Shown here one piece after another: positions 35,467 through 44,845 of a stretch of 64,000 nucleotides of DNA (position 1 is the first letter of the stretch; each line of letters opens with the position of its first letter). The notes under the pieces are model-generated. The model did not search any database and had not been told where the DNA came from. It was given only the letters and a program-made list of their open reading frames with translations. Position numbers and translations under genes: made by a program. The DNA comes from Bacteroidota bacterium. Its GTDB lineage: Bacteria; Bacteroidota; Ignavibacteria; Palsa-1295. Where the stretch lies: positions 85,635 to 149,634 of the forward strand of contig JAFDZW010000001.1 of the NCBI GenBank assembly GCA_018266755.1. The letters are read 5' to 3'.

Positions 35467-36332
35467 TCTATTTCTGGATATTTATACAACAGTCGATCGC
35501 CAGTATTACCCACATTGTCGGGCAAGATGCTGCGCGCGCACTGGACCCGGCCACGTTGTTACTGTTTCGTGCGAGCATTGCGTCGATCTCGCTCATGTTA
35601 CTCGTTGGGGTTCAACAGCGGCGTTGGAATCTCTTTGCGGGCTTGACGCGCAATGAATACGCCCGCCTGCTCGTGCTTGGGTTTCTCAATATTGTCATTA
35701 ATCAATTCCTCTATTTGGAAGGACTTCGGCTCACCACGCCGGCAAATAGTGCGCTCCTCTACGCTCTGACTCCTGCGATCGTATTTATATTTGCGCTCCG
35801 GGCACATTGGGAGCGGATGAACTGGAAGAAGATCGCAGGGATTCTCGTCGCCTTTGTCGGTACTGCAATTTTGATGTTCGAACACGGTGCCTCGTTTGCA
35901 TCGCAGCATACCCAAGGCGATATTCTGATCTTCGTCGCTGTCCTTGCGTGGTCGTTATTCACCCTGCTGGGAAAACCGTTGATAGTAAAGTATGGGGCAC
36001 TTCGTGTCACCGCATTACACATGACCGTCGGTGCGATTCTGTATCTGCCGATCGGCTTATGGAATTTTCACGCTCAGGAGGTGCTCACATATTCGAATCA
36101 GATCTGGATCGAGATACTCTACCTCGGCCTGTTTGCCTCGTGCGTGAATTACGTCCTGTGGTACTATGCGCTGGGGAAGATGGATACGAGCAAGGTAGCG
36201 ATTTTCCAGAACCTCCAACCCGTGCTGACAACCGTTCTCGCGCTCGCACTCGGTCGAGCAGAACTTACCGGGGAGTTGCTCGCTGGCGGAGCACTCGCAC
36301 TTGGCGGAGTGCTCCTGGTTCAATTTGGGTGA
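35463..36332 (+). CDS. EamA/DMT-superfamily transporter
   Basis: Ten predicted transmembrane helices in two EamA repeats. 4-nt overlap with the glycosyltransferase stop. Confidence 0.7.
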   Translation: MIYFWIFIQQSIASITHIVGQDAARALDPATLLLFRASIASISLMLLVGVQQRRWNLFAGLTRNEYARLLVLGFLNIVINQFLYLEGLRLTTPANSALLYALTPAIVFIFALRAHWERMNWKKIAGILVAFVGTAILMFEHGASFASQHTQGDILIFVAVLAWSLFTLLGKPLIVKYGALRVTALHMTVGAILYLPIGLWNFHAQEVLTYSNQIWIEILYLGLFASCVNYVLWYYALGKMDTSKVAIFQNLQPVLTTVLALALGRAELTGELLAGGALALGGVLLVQFG

Positions 36333-36341
36333 GGGTGACCG

Positions 36342-37727
36342 TTATCGAACGATCGCAATTTTGAATATGCAACGCGTCTGACTGCCCTCAATCACTCCGT
36401 GATACACTCCGGCCGGTAGGGAAGATACTTCCATTGCGAGCGTATTTTCTCCGACATTCACCGTCGATTGGTCAGACATACGTATTTGACGACCTGTTTC
36501 GTCAAAGAGACGGCACCGGACGACATCACTCGTATGTGCATAGAATTTCACGACGATCACATTTGTCGACGGATTTGGACTGACCTGCACTTCAGTCGCC
36601 GCATCAGTCGCTTCCAGCGACACATCTTGCGTGGTAATCACCGTTGCGTACAAATACACCGGAATACGAGATTTTGCCGCATTGGAAATAACGATGATGG
36701 AGTCTTTATATGTACCGATCAACGGCGGGTCAAAATGAACGGTCAGATCCTGCGCTTGATTTTGTGCAAGTTCTACATGGTCGTTGATGCCGGACACCGT
36801 GAACGGAGGGTGTGGGAAGAGTAAGTTCATGATCAACGTCCGCTGAGTATCCGAGACGTTCTTGATCGTCATGCTCAGTTGGACTTCCGGCGCGCTATGA
36901 ATTGTAAATGTTCCGAAATCGAGCGATGTGGTGCTGAGGTAAATCTTCGGCAGCAATTCGTCCGCAGAATGGACATGGGCACGCAGGATCACAACGATCC
37001 GTCTATTCGCATCGTCGGCATTGCTGTTGATCACGATCGAATCGCGGAAGGTCCCGGTGTCTGTCGGAGCACATTGAACCGTCAGCGACTTCGACGCGCC
37101 ACTATCGAGCAGGAAATTGCCGAGCCCGACGGTTACGAAGAACGGGGCATGTGCATTGACCACATTCCCGTTGAGTTGCAAACCGGTGTTTGTCACGTTC
37201 TTGATCGTCACATTGAGCGGCTTGGACTGCCCGGTGTACACGATGCCATAATCCAGGATGGTGGGCGACACGAGGATGCGTGCAACCGTATCCGGGACAA
37301 ACCCTGTGCCACTGAGGTAGACGATGATCCGCTGGTGGGCGGAGTCCGAGTTCGTCGTGATCACGAGTGAGTCGGAAAACTGTCCGACAAACAGCGGTTT
37401 GAAGGAAAGATAGACCCGCCGCGCGGCGCCCGAATCGAGGCTTGAGACTCCTCCGCCGGAATCCACTGCAAACGGGGAGCCGAGCCCGCCGACCGAATCG
37501 GTGAGCGTGAACGCACCGGTACTGGTGTTGGTGATGACAACCGAAAGTTGCTTGCTGTTGCTGACAGCGACCCTCCCGAAATTAAGCGCTACCGGAGTAA
37601 CGCTGACCTTGGGGATCGAATCGGCTGCCGAAAGCGGGTGCGCAAATCCAATCGAGGCCCCCGCCATGTATAACAATGAGAAAAGTACCAGTCGTGTAGC
37701 GAATCGCATAGTGCGGTGTAGTAGCAT
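36342..37727 (-). CDS. T9SS cargo protein with repeated choice-of-anchor-D/ASH-like Ig domains and C-terminal Por sorting domain
   Basis: Signal peptide MRFATRLVLFSLLYMAGASIGFA. Repeats of LNFGRVAVSNSKQLSVVITNTSTGAFTLT type. C-terminal VQVSPNPSTNVIVVKFYAHTSDVVRCRLFDETGRQIR...AGVYHGVIEGSQTRCIFKIAIVR. Confidence 0.6.
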   Translation of the reverse strand: MLLHRTMRFATRLVLFSLLYMAGASIGFAHPLSAADSIPKVSVTPVALNFGRVAVSNSKQLSVVITNTSTGAFTLTDSVGGLGSPFAVDSGGGVSSLDSGAARRVYLSFKPLFVGQFSDSLVITTNSDSAHQRIIVYLSGTGFVPDTVARILVSPTILDYGIVYTGQSKPLNVTIKNVTNTGLQLNGNVVNAHAPFFVTVGLGNFLLDSGASKSLTVQCAPTDTGTFRDSIVINSNADDANRRIVVILRAHVHSADELLPKIYLSTTSLDFGTFTIHSAPEVQLSMTIKNVSDTQRTLIMNLLFPHPPFTVSGINDHVELAQNQAQDLTVHFDPPLIGTYKDSIIVISNAAKSRIPVYLYATVITTQDVSLEATDAATEVQVSPNPSTNVIVVKFYAHTSDVVRCRLFDETGRQIRMSDQSTVNVGENTLAMEVSSLPAGVYHGVIEGSQTRCIFKIAIVR

Positions 37728-38115
37728 GATACGATTAAAGTTGTGCGGACGATGGATAGTTCTAAAAATTTCTTTGAAAAAAATTCAAAAGCTTGTCACA
37801 CGCCCCTTGGGGTCGGGCGTTAGACCAATAGATAACGACGGAATATCTGGATCTGTAATGCTGAGTGCTCACATTGATCGCAGATAGTCATCCGAACGAT
37901 CAGCCGGGTCATCCGGGCTCGAGGTAGAGGGATGAACGCAGCTATCCGCTTCCGATTTCGTGGCAATGGAAAACGGATAGCAGCGAAACGCTCTCTCTCG
38001 GTGGAAATGCTTGCCGTACGTCTGGGGAGTCACATGGTAAGCGCTACTGCCACGAGCCCGTATGGCCCGCCGCGATCGATACGTCTCAAGGAAGAGCGGC
38101 CTCGTGCCGCTTTTC

Positions 38116-41100
38116 TCATTTTCGGACCACAAGCTGCGAACTGCTCACAATCCCAGCATCGGTCCGCAGTTCAACCGTGTAGATGCCCGGGGCGAGGACG
38201 AGTCCGTCCGGCATAGTCATTTGATTCGGTCCCAGCTGTCGGAGCGCCCCCTCGAAGACCACCTGACCAAGTACGGTAACGATCTTCGCCTGCACCCCTT
38301 TCAGTGGTGAGTCTGAGATAACCCCAAGTGAACCAGACGATGGGTTCGGTACGATCCGAAGCTGCGGAGGAATCCCCCGCAAATAGTCGCGGAGCGTCGG
38401 GTGTCCGCATTCGTTTTGATAATTGAACGTGGCACTGATGGTAAACGCCACAGCGTGACAGCCGGTAAAGATCGAATCGTCCCCATTAAAACGTACATCC
38501 CGCATCGAGAGGGACGTTTGCTCGGCGGTCGTAAGATACACGCCGAATGTGAACGTTGCTAATGCATTGACAGAATCGATGTGCAGCCCGCTGTCATTTT
38601 CAATATGAATGTTGCGGCCATCGCTATCGACGACTGTATTCAACGAGTTGTGGCCTCGGTACTCGAGAAGATCGTTGTTATAGTCGAGTGTGAGATCGAC
38701 AGCCGAAATATTATCGAGTTCGTGAGGATTTGTTTTCAGCGTTGCAGTCCACAATTGTCCTGCGGTGAGCGGCGTAGGGTCGGTCTCAAGCCAGAAATGC
38801 ACTTGTTTTGGGTATCGGATGCCCATGATACAGGGGACCGGCGGAATGGCCGAATCCGAGTTTGTTCGAAAACTCGCCACCGATCGGTTGTCAGCCGGGT
38901 GACCGTTCGTATCCGGCTCGGAAATGATTTCGAGTTCTGTTACACTTCCTGGCAGAAGCGTCAACGGAAGCGGAGTCAGCACTCGGAAGGATGACGATGA
39001 CCAGTCCACACCCGAAATGACGACAGAATCGCAGCTCGGATTTCGAAGGGTGACTCGTTTGACCTGCTGTTCGCACACCCAGGATGTATCGAACGTTAGG
39101 GTGCCGACGGAATCGAGCGTTAGGCGACGCACGGCACGAAGCGAAGCAGCGGTCAGTGGAATCGAGATGGACCCGCCCGAATCGAGCGGGACGGTAATCA
39201 CAGCGAATTTCAAACCGACCGAATTCGGCACGAACGATACAGTAAGCACAATGGAATCTCCGGGAGCGATCGATTTTGTGCCTTGTGTTTGCAACACGAA
39301 GTCAGAATCTCCTGAAAGAGTGATCGCGCCGAGCGAGAGAGAATCGCAACCGGTACTGTAGACCGTGATCGTGCGTGCCTGGCTCTCACACAAATGCAGC
39401 GTATCGAATTGTAGCATCGACGCGGAGAGAGAATCTGCAGAGACTCCCGGGAAGCCGACGGCCATGACAGTGAGGAGAGTGTCGAACGTCACTGTAGCGG
39501 TCGGTTCGTAAAAACTCAAATGCGCCATCGCCTGAGTGGATACCGGTCCTCGAACAGTGGGAGTAAATCGAATTCGTAATCGGATACTGTCACCGCTTTG
39601 TACCTGAACCGGCAGTTGATTCGGGAATACGGTAAACGGCGCTGCCAGCGTAAGCGAATCAACGGAAATTGTTCGGCACGTTGGGTTAGTCAACACGATC
39701 GAGCCATCGGCTACCTCACACAGAGGCGAGCGCAACGTATCGGTTGCGGCAACAATAGCACGCTCATCCGGGAGAACATTTGCAACGATCGGGATCGTGA
39801 ATGTTCCAATACTCGTATATATCACCAATGAGGCCTTTTTTGTCCCAGATTTCAACGGGTGAAAATTGACGGCAATGCCTTTTGGCCCGTCGGTTGATTT
39901 GAGTCGCAACTTGCGAATACCTGAAATACTCACTTCAAGGGAAGTCAGCGAGTCGCTCAGGAGTATCGTGCTGTCGATCATCAGTGGCAGGCACCCAATC
40001 GCAGAGAGGCTGATCGTATCAAGCCCCCCGGCACCGCAGAGCGATTGCGTTGCGAAGCGGAGCGAGTCTTTGTGATCGATTACTAATTCCGTCGGATGTG
40101 CAGTAACGACAATGACGAGTGGGAAAGTAGTGTCGACCCCAGTCCAGTCGGATGCGCAATAGTGCAGATGAATTGTCGCCTGGTACGTCCCCGGCGTTGT
40201 CGGAACGATGGAGAGATACGATGTGTCCGGGGCACCGGTATGGATGATCTTATTCGGCGTGATTATCGTTTTCGTGGAGCCTCCTGCAAAATTATCGAGC
40301 GTGAGACTTTGGATACGCATGTAGTCACAGGCCGAGAAGAACGTCTGTATCCGTAGGAGCGCCGAATCGCATGCATCGATCACGAGGGTGTCGCCCACAT
40401 TCGAGTAAATACGAGCATCGCTCAGCAAGGGGGTGACGACGCTTCGGTCGGTGAATTTCCAGATCGTATCGCTGTCATACCAGGTGTCGATTGCATAACA
40501 CACGCTTCCGCGCGTGGTTACCCCGCAGATCGGGACGTCATCGCGTTGGTCGGTCCCTGCGCTCGGTCCGCCGATGGGCGTCCAACTTGCGCCGAGATCG
40601 GTCGAACGCAGCACTCCGCCGGGGTATGTATTGCCTTTCATCTGCGTATACGCGATACATGCATCGCCCCAGAGGCCGTCGTCAAGTCCGAATCGCTGTG
40701 CCGGTCCGAGGACTGTGTTCCACGTTGCGCCGCCATCGGTCGAGCGCTGAATCCTCGATGCCCCGGGTCGCGGAAGCGTGTCGTCTCCGCCGGCTCTTAT
40801 GTAAATGAGTGAAAACGGGAATGCATAGCCGTAGTCTGCTTCGATCGCATTTTGCGAGACATTCCAGGATAGCCCTCCGTCGGTAGAGTACAGACCGGGC
40901 ACGAGTCCCCGGCTCGAACTACCACCCCAGATCGCGATGCTCTTATCAAGATTTCCGGTAATGCATTCTCCGGCAGTCAGCACCGATCTCGACCAGTTCT
41001 GAGCATGGTCGGCACTGATGCGCCCGCGACAATCGAAGAAGATGTCGTTGAGAATATATAATGGCTGGTCACGATAGACCGTAGGGTTCCAGAGCGTGCG

Positions 41101-41469
41101 CCAGGTCGTTCCGCTGTCCGTGCTTTCGTAGGTGCCGTAGAGGAAAATATTCGCCGGGGTATGGAAATAGCATTGTCCCATTCCGAGCATGGGAGCCGGG
41201 GTGCGGATCTGCTTCCAGTTCTTGCCGCCGTCGGTGGTGCGGAATACCTGATTGTTGGCAAGGGTAACGAATCCGTACTGTTCGTTGAGAAATGCGGCAC
41301 CGACAGGGGTGCTGGAATTCAGTGAGGTAATGAACGGTTGCCACGCCGGTTGCGCTGAGGCGATCGACGTGCTCAGGATAACGAACACAGATACGACGAG
41401 CGAACGTATCTTCATTCTGTGTGGGATACTGGGTACTTGTGCGGTTTCACACAACCTCGGGGGAGTCAA
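38116..41469 (-). CDS. Large T9SS cargo protein: N-terminal BNR/sortilin-type beta-propeller + choice-of-anchor-D Ig repeats + C-terminal Por sorting domain
   Basis: Signal peptide MKIRSLVVSVFVILSTSIASAQ. At least five BNR motifs (TDGGKNWKQI, STDSGTTWRTL, STDGGLSWNV, STDGGATWNTV, STDLGASWTP). C-terminal LRIVPNPSSGSLGV...GIYTVELRTDAGIVSSSQLVVRK. Confidence 0.6.
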   Translation of the reverse strand: MTPPRLCETAQVPSIPHRMKIRSLVVSVFVILSTSIASAQPAWQPFITSLNSSTPVGAAFLNEQYGFVTLANNQVFRTTDGGKNWKQIRTPAPMLGMGQCYFHTPANIFLYGTYESTDSGTTWRTLWNPTVYRDQPLYILNDIFFDCRGRISADHAQNWSRSVLTAGECITGNLDKSIAIWGGSSSRGLVPGLYSTDGGLSWNVSQNAIEADYGYAFPFSLIYIRAGGDDTLPRPGASRIQRSTDGGATWNTVLGPAQRFGLDDGLWGDACIAYTQMKGNTYPGGVLRSTDLGASWTPIGGPSAGTDQRDDVPICGVTTRGSVCYAIDTWYDSDTIWKFTDRSVVTPLLSDARIYSNVGDTLVIDACDSALLRIQTFFSACDYMRIQSLTLDNFAGGSTKTIITPNKIIHTGAPDTSYLSIVPTTPGTYQATIHLHYCASDWTGVDTTFPLVIVVTAHPTELVIDHKDSLRFATQSLCGAGGLDTISLSAIGCLPLMIDSTILLSDSLTSLEVSISGIRKLRLKSTDGPKGIAVNFHPLKSGTKKASLVIYTSIGTFTIPIVANVLPDERAIVAATDTLRSPLCEVADGSIVLTNPTCRTISVDSLTLAAPFTVFPNQLPVQVQSGDSIRLRIRFTPTVRGPVSTQAMAHLSFYEPTATVTFDTLLTVMAVGFPGVSADSLSASMLQFDTLHLCESQARTITVYSTGCDSLSLGAITLSGDSDFVLQTQGTKSIAPGDSIVLTVSFVPNSVGLKFAVITVPLDSGGSISIPLTAASLRAVRRLTLDSVGTLTFDTSWVCEQQVKRVTLRNPSCDSVVISGVDWSSSSFRVLTPLPLTLLPGSVTELEIISEPDTNGHPADNRSVASFRTNSDSAIPPVPCIMGIRYPKQVHFWLETDPTPLTAGQLWTATLKTNPHELDNISAVDLTLDYNNDLLEYRGHNSLNTVVDSDGRNIHIENDSGLHIDSVNALATFTFGVYLTTAEQTSLSMRDVRFNGDDSIFTGCHAVAFTISATFNYQNECGHPTLRDYLRGIPPQLRIVPNPSSGSLGVISDSPLKGVQAKIVTVLGQVVFEGALRQLGPNQMTMPDGLVLAPGIYTVELRTDAGIVSSSQLVVRK

Positions 41470-41567
41470 ATATACTACAATTGTATCCTCCGATCAATTT
41501 CCGGCCTCCGGCCATTTCCCGGGACGTACTATCGTAACTTTGCACCGTATTATCGATCATAACCCCG

Positions 41568-42011
41568 ATGGAGCTGAAAATCAAACGTTTATACCCCGAC
41601 AGAGATACAGATATTCCCTTGCCGTCATACGCGACGGAACATTCGAGCGGCCTCGACCTGCGTGCATCCGAAGACGTTGAGCTTACGAGCGGCGCATGGA
41701 CACTGGTGCCGACCGGCCTTGCGATCGAAATACCCGAAGGGTTCGAAGGACAAGTTCGCCCGCGTTCGGGGCTGGCAGCCAAGCATGGTGTCACGTGCCT
41801 GAATACTCCCGGCACGATCGACGCCGATTACCGCGGAGAGGTACGAGTGATCCTGATCAATCTCGGCCCTGATTCCGTTCGCTTTTCTCGGGGCGAGCGC
41901 ATCGCGCAGCTTATCATATCGCGCTATGAACGCGTTGAAGTCGTCACTGCGGATACTCTGACCGATTCGGAGCGCGGGAGCGGGGGCTTCGGCCACACAG
42001 GGGTACACTAA
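41568..42011 (+). CDS. dut: dUTP diphosphatase
   Basis: Complete set of dUTPase motifs ([44 protein letters not shown]). Confidence 0.8.
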   Translation: MELKIKRLYPDRDTDIPLPSYATEHSSGLDLRASEDVELTSGAWTLVPTGLAIEIPEGFEGQVRPRSGLAAKHGVTCLNTPGTIDADYRGEVRVILINLGPDSVRFSRGERIAQLIISRYERVEVVTADTLTDSERGSGGFGHTGVH

Positions 42012-42075
42012 CGCCCTTCGGGCCTGCGTAACACTTCTTTCGTAATTTGCGAAGCATACCAAGAGATGCGATATC

Positions 42076-43086
42076 ATGTCAAATAAAGTTATTACGATCG
42101 AGCGTCACATTATCGAAGAAGAGCGCTCGTCGAACGGTGCGACCGGCGATTTTTCCGGATTGTTGCGCGACCTGACCCTTGCGATCAAGATCATTCACCG
42201 CGAGGTGATCCGAGCTGGGCTTGTCGATATTCTTGGCGCGACCGGGCAGGAGAATGTTCAAGGCGAGATCGTGCAGAAGCTTGACGAATATGCAAACGAC
42301 GTGATCTTCCGTGCAATGGATCACGGCGGACATCTCTGTGCAATGGCAAGCGAAGAGAATGAGGACTTGCTGAAGATACCGGCCGAATATCCGAAAGGGA
42401 AATATGTATTGTTGTTCGACCCGCTCGACGGTTCGTCGAACATCGACGCAAACGTATCGATCGGGACCATCTTCTCGATCCATCGCCGGGTGACCGAGTC
42501 GGGCGACGGGACCGAAGCCGACGCACTGCAACAAGGCTATAAGCAGGTTGCGGCGGGATATACGATTTATGGCCCGTCCACGATGCTGGTCTACACAGCG
42601 GGGCGGGGAGTGTTCGGGTTTACGCTCGACCCATCGGTCGGCGAGTTCTTACTTTCCCATCCGAACATCCGCATCCCCGAGCACAAAGGAATTTACTCCG
42701 TGAACGAGGGCAACTACAACAAATGGTCGCCCGAGATGCGACGCTACATCGACTGGTGCAAACAAGACGATCCTGAGAGGAATAAGAAGGCGTACAGTCT
42801 GCGCTATATCGGCTCGATGGTCGCCGATGTGCATCGTACGCTTCTCTATGGTGGTGTATTCCTCTACCCTGCGGATGTCAAGAGCAAAAAAGGCAAGCTA
42901 CGCCTGCTCTACGAGGCAAACCCGATGTCGTTCATCGTCGAGCAAGCTGGCGGCCGTGCAACCGATGGAATGGGAAAGCGACTACTTGAGATCGAACCGA
43001 ACGAATTGCACCAGCGGACGCCGCTTGTCGTCGGTAGTCCCAAGAATGTCGAAGAGGTCGAGTCATTCCTCCAAGGTACACGCTGA
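42076..43086 (+). CDS. fbp: Fructose-1,6-bisphosphatase class I
   Basis: 336 aa. N-terminal TLTRFIIEE-like IERHIIEEE, metal-binding DPLDGSSNID, and the C-terminal GG...YP...KLRLLYEANPM block. Confidence 0.85.
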   Translation: MSNKVITIERHIIEEERSSNGATGDFSGLLRDLTLAIKIIHREVIRAGLVDILGATGQENVQGEIVQKLDEYANDVIFRAMDHGGHLCAMASEENEDLLKIPAEYPKGKYVLLFDPLDGSSNIDANVSIGTIFSIHRRVTESGDGTEADALQQGYKQVAAGYTIYGPSTMLVYTAGRGVFGFTLDPSVGEFLLSHPNIRIPEHKGIYSVNEGNYNKWSPEMRRYIDWCKQDDPERNKKAYSLRYIGSMVADVHRTLLYGGVFLYPADVKSKKGKLRLLYEANPMSFIVEQAGGRATDGMGKRLLEIEPNELHQRTPLVVGSPKNVEEVESFLQGTR

Positions 43087-43098
43087 AACCGAGAACCT

Positions 43099-44838
43099 GT
43101 GAATAGTCTCCGTTCCAGCCATATCCATCCGCTGACCTCTCCGCTGCCGATCGTGCTCGGGGTGACGGGTCATCGCGATCTGCGTACACAGGATATTCCG
43201 CAGCTCAAGCATAGCGTCCAGACCATCTTCCGTGAGCTGCTGGCAAACTACCCCTCAACTCCGCTGACGATGCTCTCATCACTTGCCGAGGGAGCGGATC
43301 GACTCGTCGCCGATGTGGCGCTCGAGATGGGTATCGATCTCGTTTGTCCGTTGCCGTTGCCCCCGGAATTATATCGAAGCGATTTTGTGACCGAAGAATC
43401 GCGTGCAGAGTTCGACCGGTTGCTTCGCGCAGCGAAGAGCTGGTTCACCCTGCCGCTCGTCGAAGGAGTCACCAATGAGGATATTAAGACGCATGGTCGC
43501 CCGCGTGATCTGCAATATGCACAGGTCGGTGCATATCACGCACAGCATAGTCAGATACTGATCGCGCTCTGGGACGGGCTCGTGCTCGACAGCGTCGGTG
43601 GGACGGGGAAGGTCGTACACTACAAGCTCGACGGAGTGCCGAAGATATTCGGGAAGACTCAAAGTCCGCTCGATCCAGTCGAGACCGGTCCGGTTTATCA
43701 TGTGCTTACCCCGCGCGAGTCGAACGCTGACATCAAGGATGCGCCATTCACGGTAAAAAAGTATTTCCCTCGTGGTTATGGTGAAGATCAGGAAGCGCGG
43801 ACTGCATTCGACCGCATTTTCCAGCAAATAGATCGTTTCAATTCCGATACCGAGCGATATACGCTTCATCTGCAGCAACACAAACCGCAAAGCGAAGCGT
43901 GGCTGCTGGGTGAGCAATCGAAAGAAGAACTATCCGAAGAACTGCGTTCGATCGTCGATCACTACAGTACTGCCGATACACTAGCAACCTACTTCCAACG
44001 ATACACCCGCAGAGCGTTCGTGGGGATATTCTCGTTCGTGTTCTGTGCAGCAGCTTTCTTCGATCTCTACGCGCACCTCTTTCACGACGAACCGCTGGTA
44101 TTGGCAGGATACCTGTGTGCATTGATGCTTGCGTTTATTTGGTACGTGTTCGCAAAACGGCGTCACTATCAGACGAAGTATCTCGATTATCGCGCGCTTG
44201 CCGAAGGATTGCGCGTGCAGTTCTTCTGGAGAGTTGCCGGGCTGAGGCAGACCGCCGGCGACTACTACATTCGAAAGCAAAAGAGCGAGCTCGACTGGAT
44301 CCGTTTTGCCATGCGGACGGCAGCAATCCCGCTCAACGCCGATTCCGATGCGATGGACCCGGGCGATACCGCAAAACTGCGAACGCGACTCGAGCGAGTT
44401 TTGCATTCGTGGGTCGAGGATCAGGCGAAATACTATCCAAAGGCGCTAAAGCGTGATCATCACCGGCTTCACCGTTTGGAGCGGACGATCAACATATTGT
44501 TCTACGTAGGCGTCATACTTGCGGTTATTCAACTCTTGCTTGAGATACCGCACGAACTCAAAGATTATGTAGTGGTCGCAACCGGGCTGGCCCCCATTAC
44601 TGCTGCATTACTCGGTGGCTATATCGAACGCAATGCACTGATCGGACATATTAAACAGTACGAACGGATGGGGGTGATGTTCGTTCAGGCAAAAGAGTAT
44701 CTGGTTGCATTACTGAAGGATCGCCGCTATGCCGAAGCATCGGATTTTATCTTCGAACTCGGTACCGAAGCGCTTGGTGAAAGCGGCGACTGGATGCTTT
44801 TGCATCGTGAGCGTCCGCTTGAAGTGCCGAAGGGATGA
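43099..44838 (+). CDS. SLOG-domain (LOG/DprA/YpsA-like Rossmann nucleotide-sensor) fused to a multi-pass SLATT-like transmembrane effector region
   Basis: N-terminal ~200 aa: IVLGVTGHRDL (strand-1 plus Gly loop), LSSLAEGADRLVADVALEMGIDLVCPLPLP and ILIALWDG...GGTGKVV reproduce the SLOG/LOG core layout. Residues ~300-579 contain two pairs of transmembrane helices (FVGIFSFVFCAAAFFDLYAHLF / LVLAGYLCALMLAFIWYVFA, and INILFYVGVILAVIQLLLEI / VVVATGLAPITAALLGGYIE), each followed by long helices, as in SLATT 2-TM modules. No signal peptide. Confidence 0.5.
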   Translation: MNSLRSSHIHPLTSPLPIVLGVTGHRDLRTQDIPQLKHSVQTIFRELLANYPSTPLTMLSSLAEGADRLVADVALEMGIDLVCPLPLPPELYRSDFVTEESRAEFDRLLRAAKSWFTLPLVEGVTNEDIKTHGRPRDLQYAQVGAYHAQHSQILIALWDGLVLDSVGGTGKVVHYKLDGVPKIFGKTQSPLDPVETGPVYHVLTPRESNADIKDAPFTVKKYFPRGYGEDQEARTAFDRIFQQIDRFNSDTERYTLHLQQHKPQSEAWLLGEQSKEELSEELRSIVDHYSTADTLATYFQRYTRRAFVGIFSFVFCAAAFFDLYAHLFHDEPLVLAGYLCALMLAFIWYVFAKRRHYQTKYLDYRALAEGLRVQFFWRVAGLRQTAGDYYIRKQKSELDWIRFAMRTAAIPLNADSDAMDPGDTAKLRTRLERVLHSWVEDQAKYYPKALKRDHHRLHRLERTINILFYVGVILAVIQLLLEIPHELKDYVVVATGLAPITAALLGGYIERNALIGHIKQYERMGVMFVQAKEYLVALLKDRRYAEASDFIFELGTEALGESGDWMLLHRERPLEVPKG

Positions 44839-44845
44839 TCCGTAG

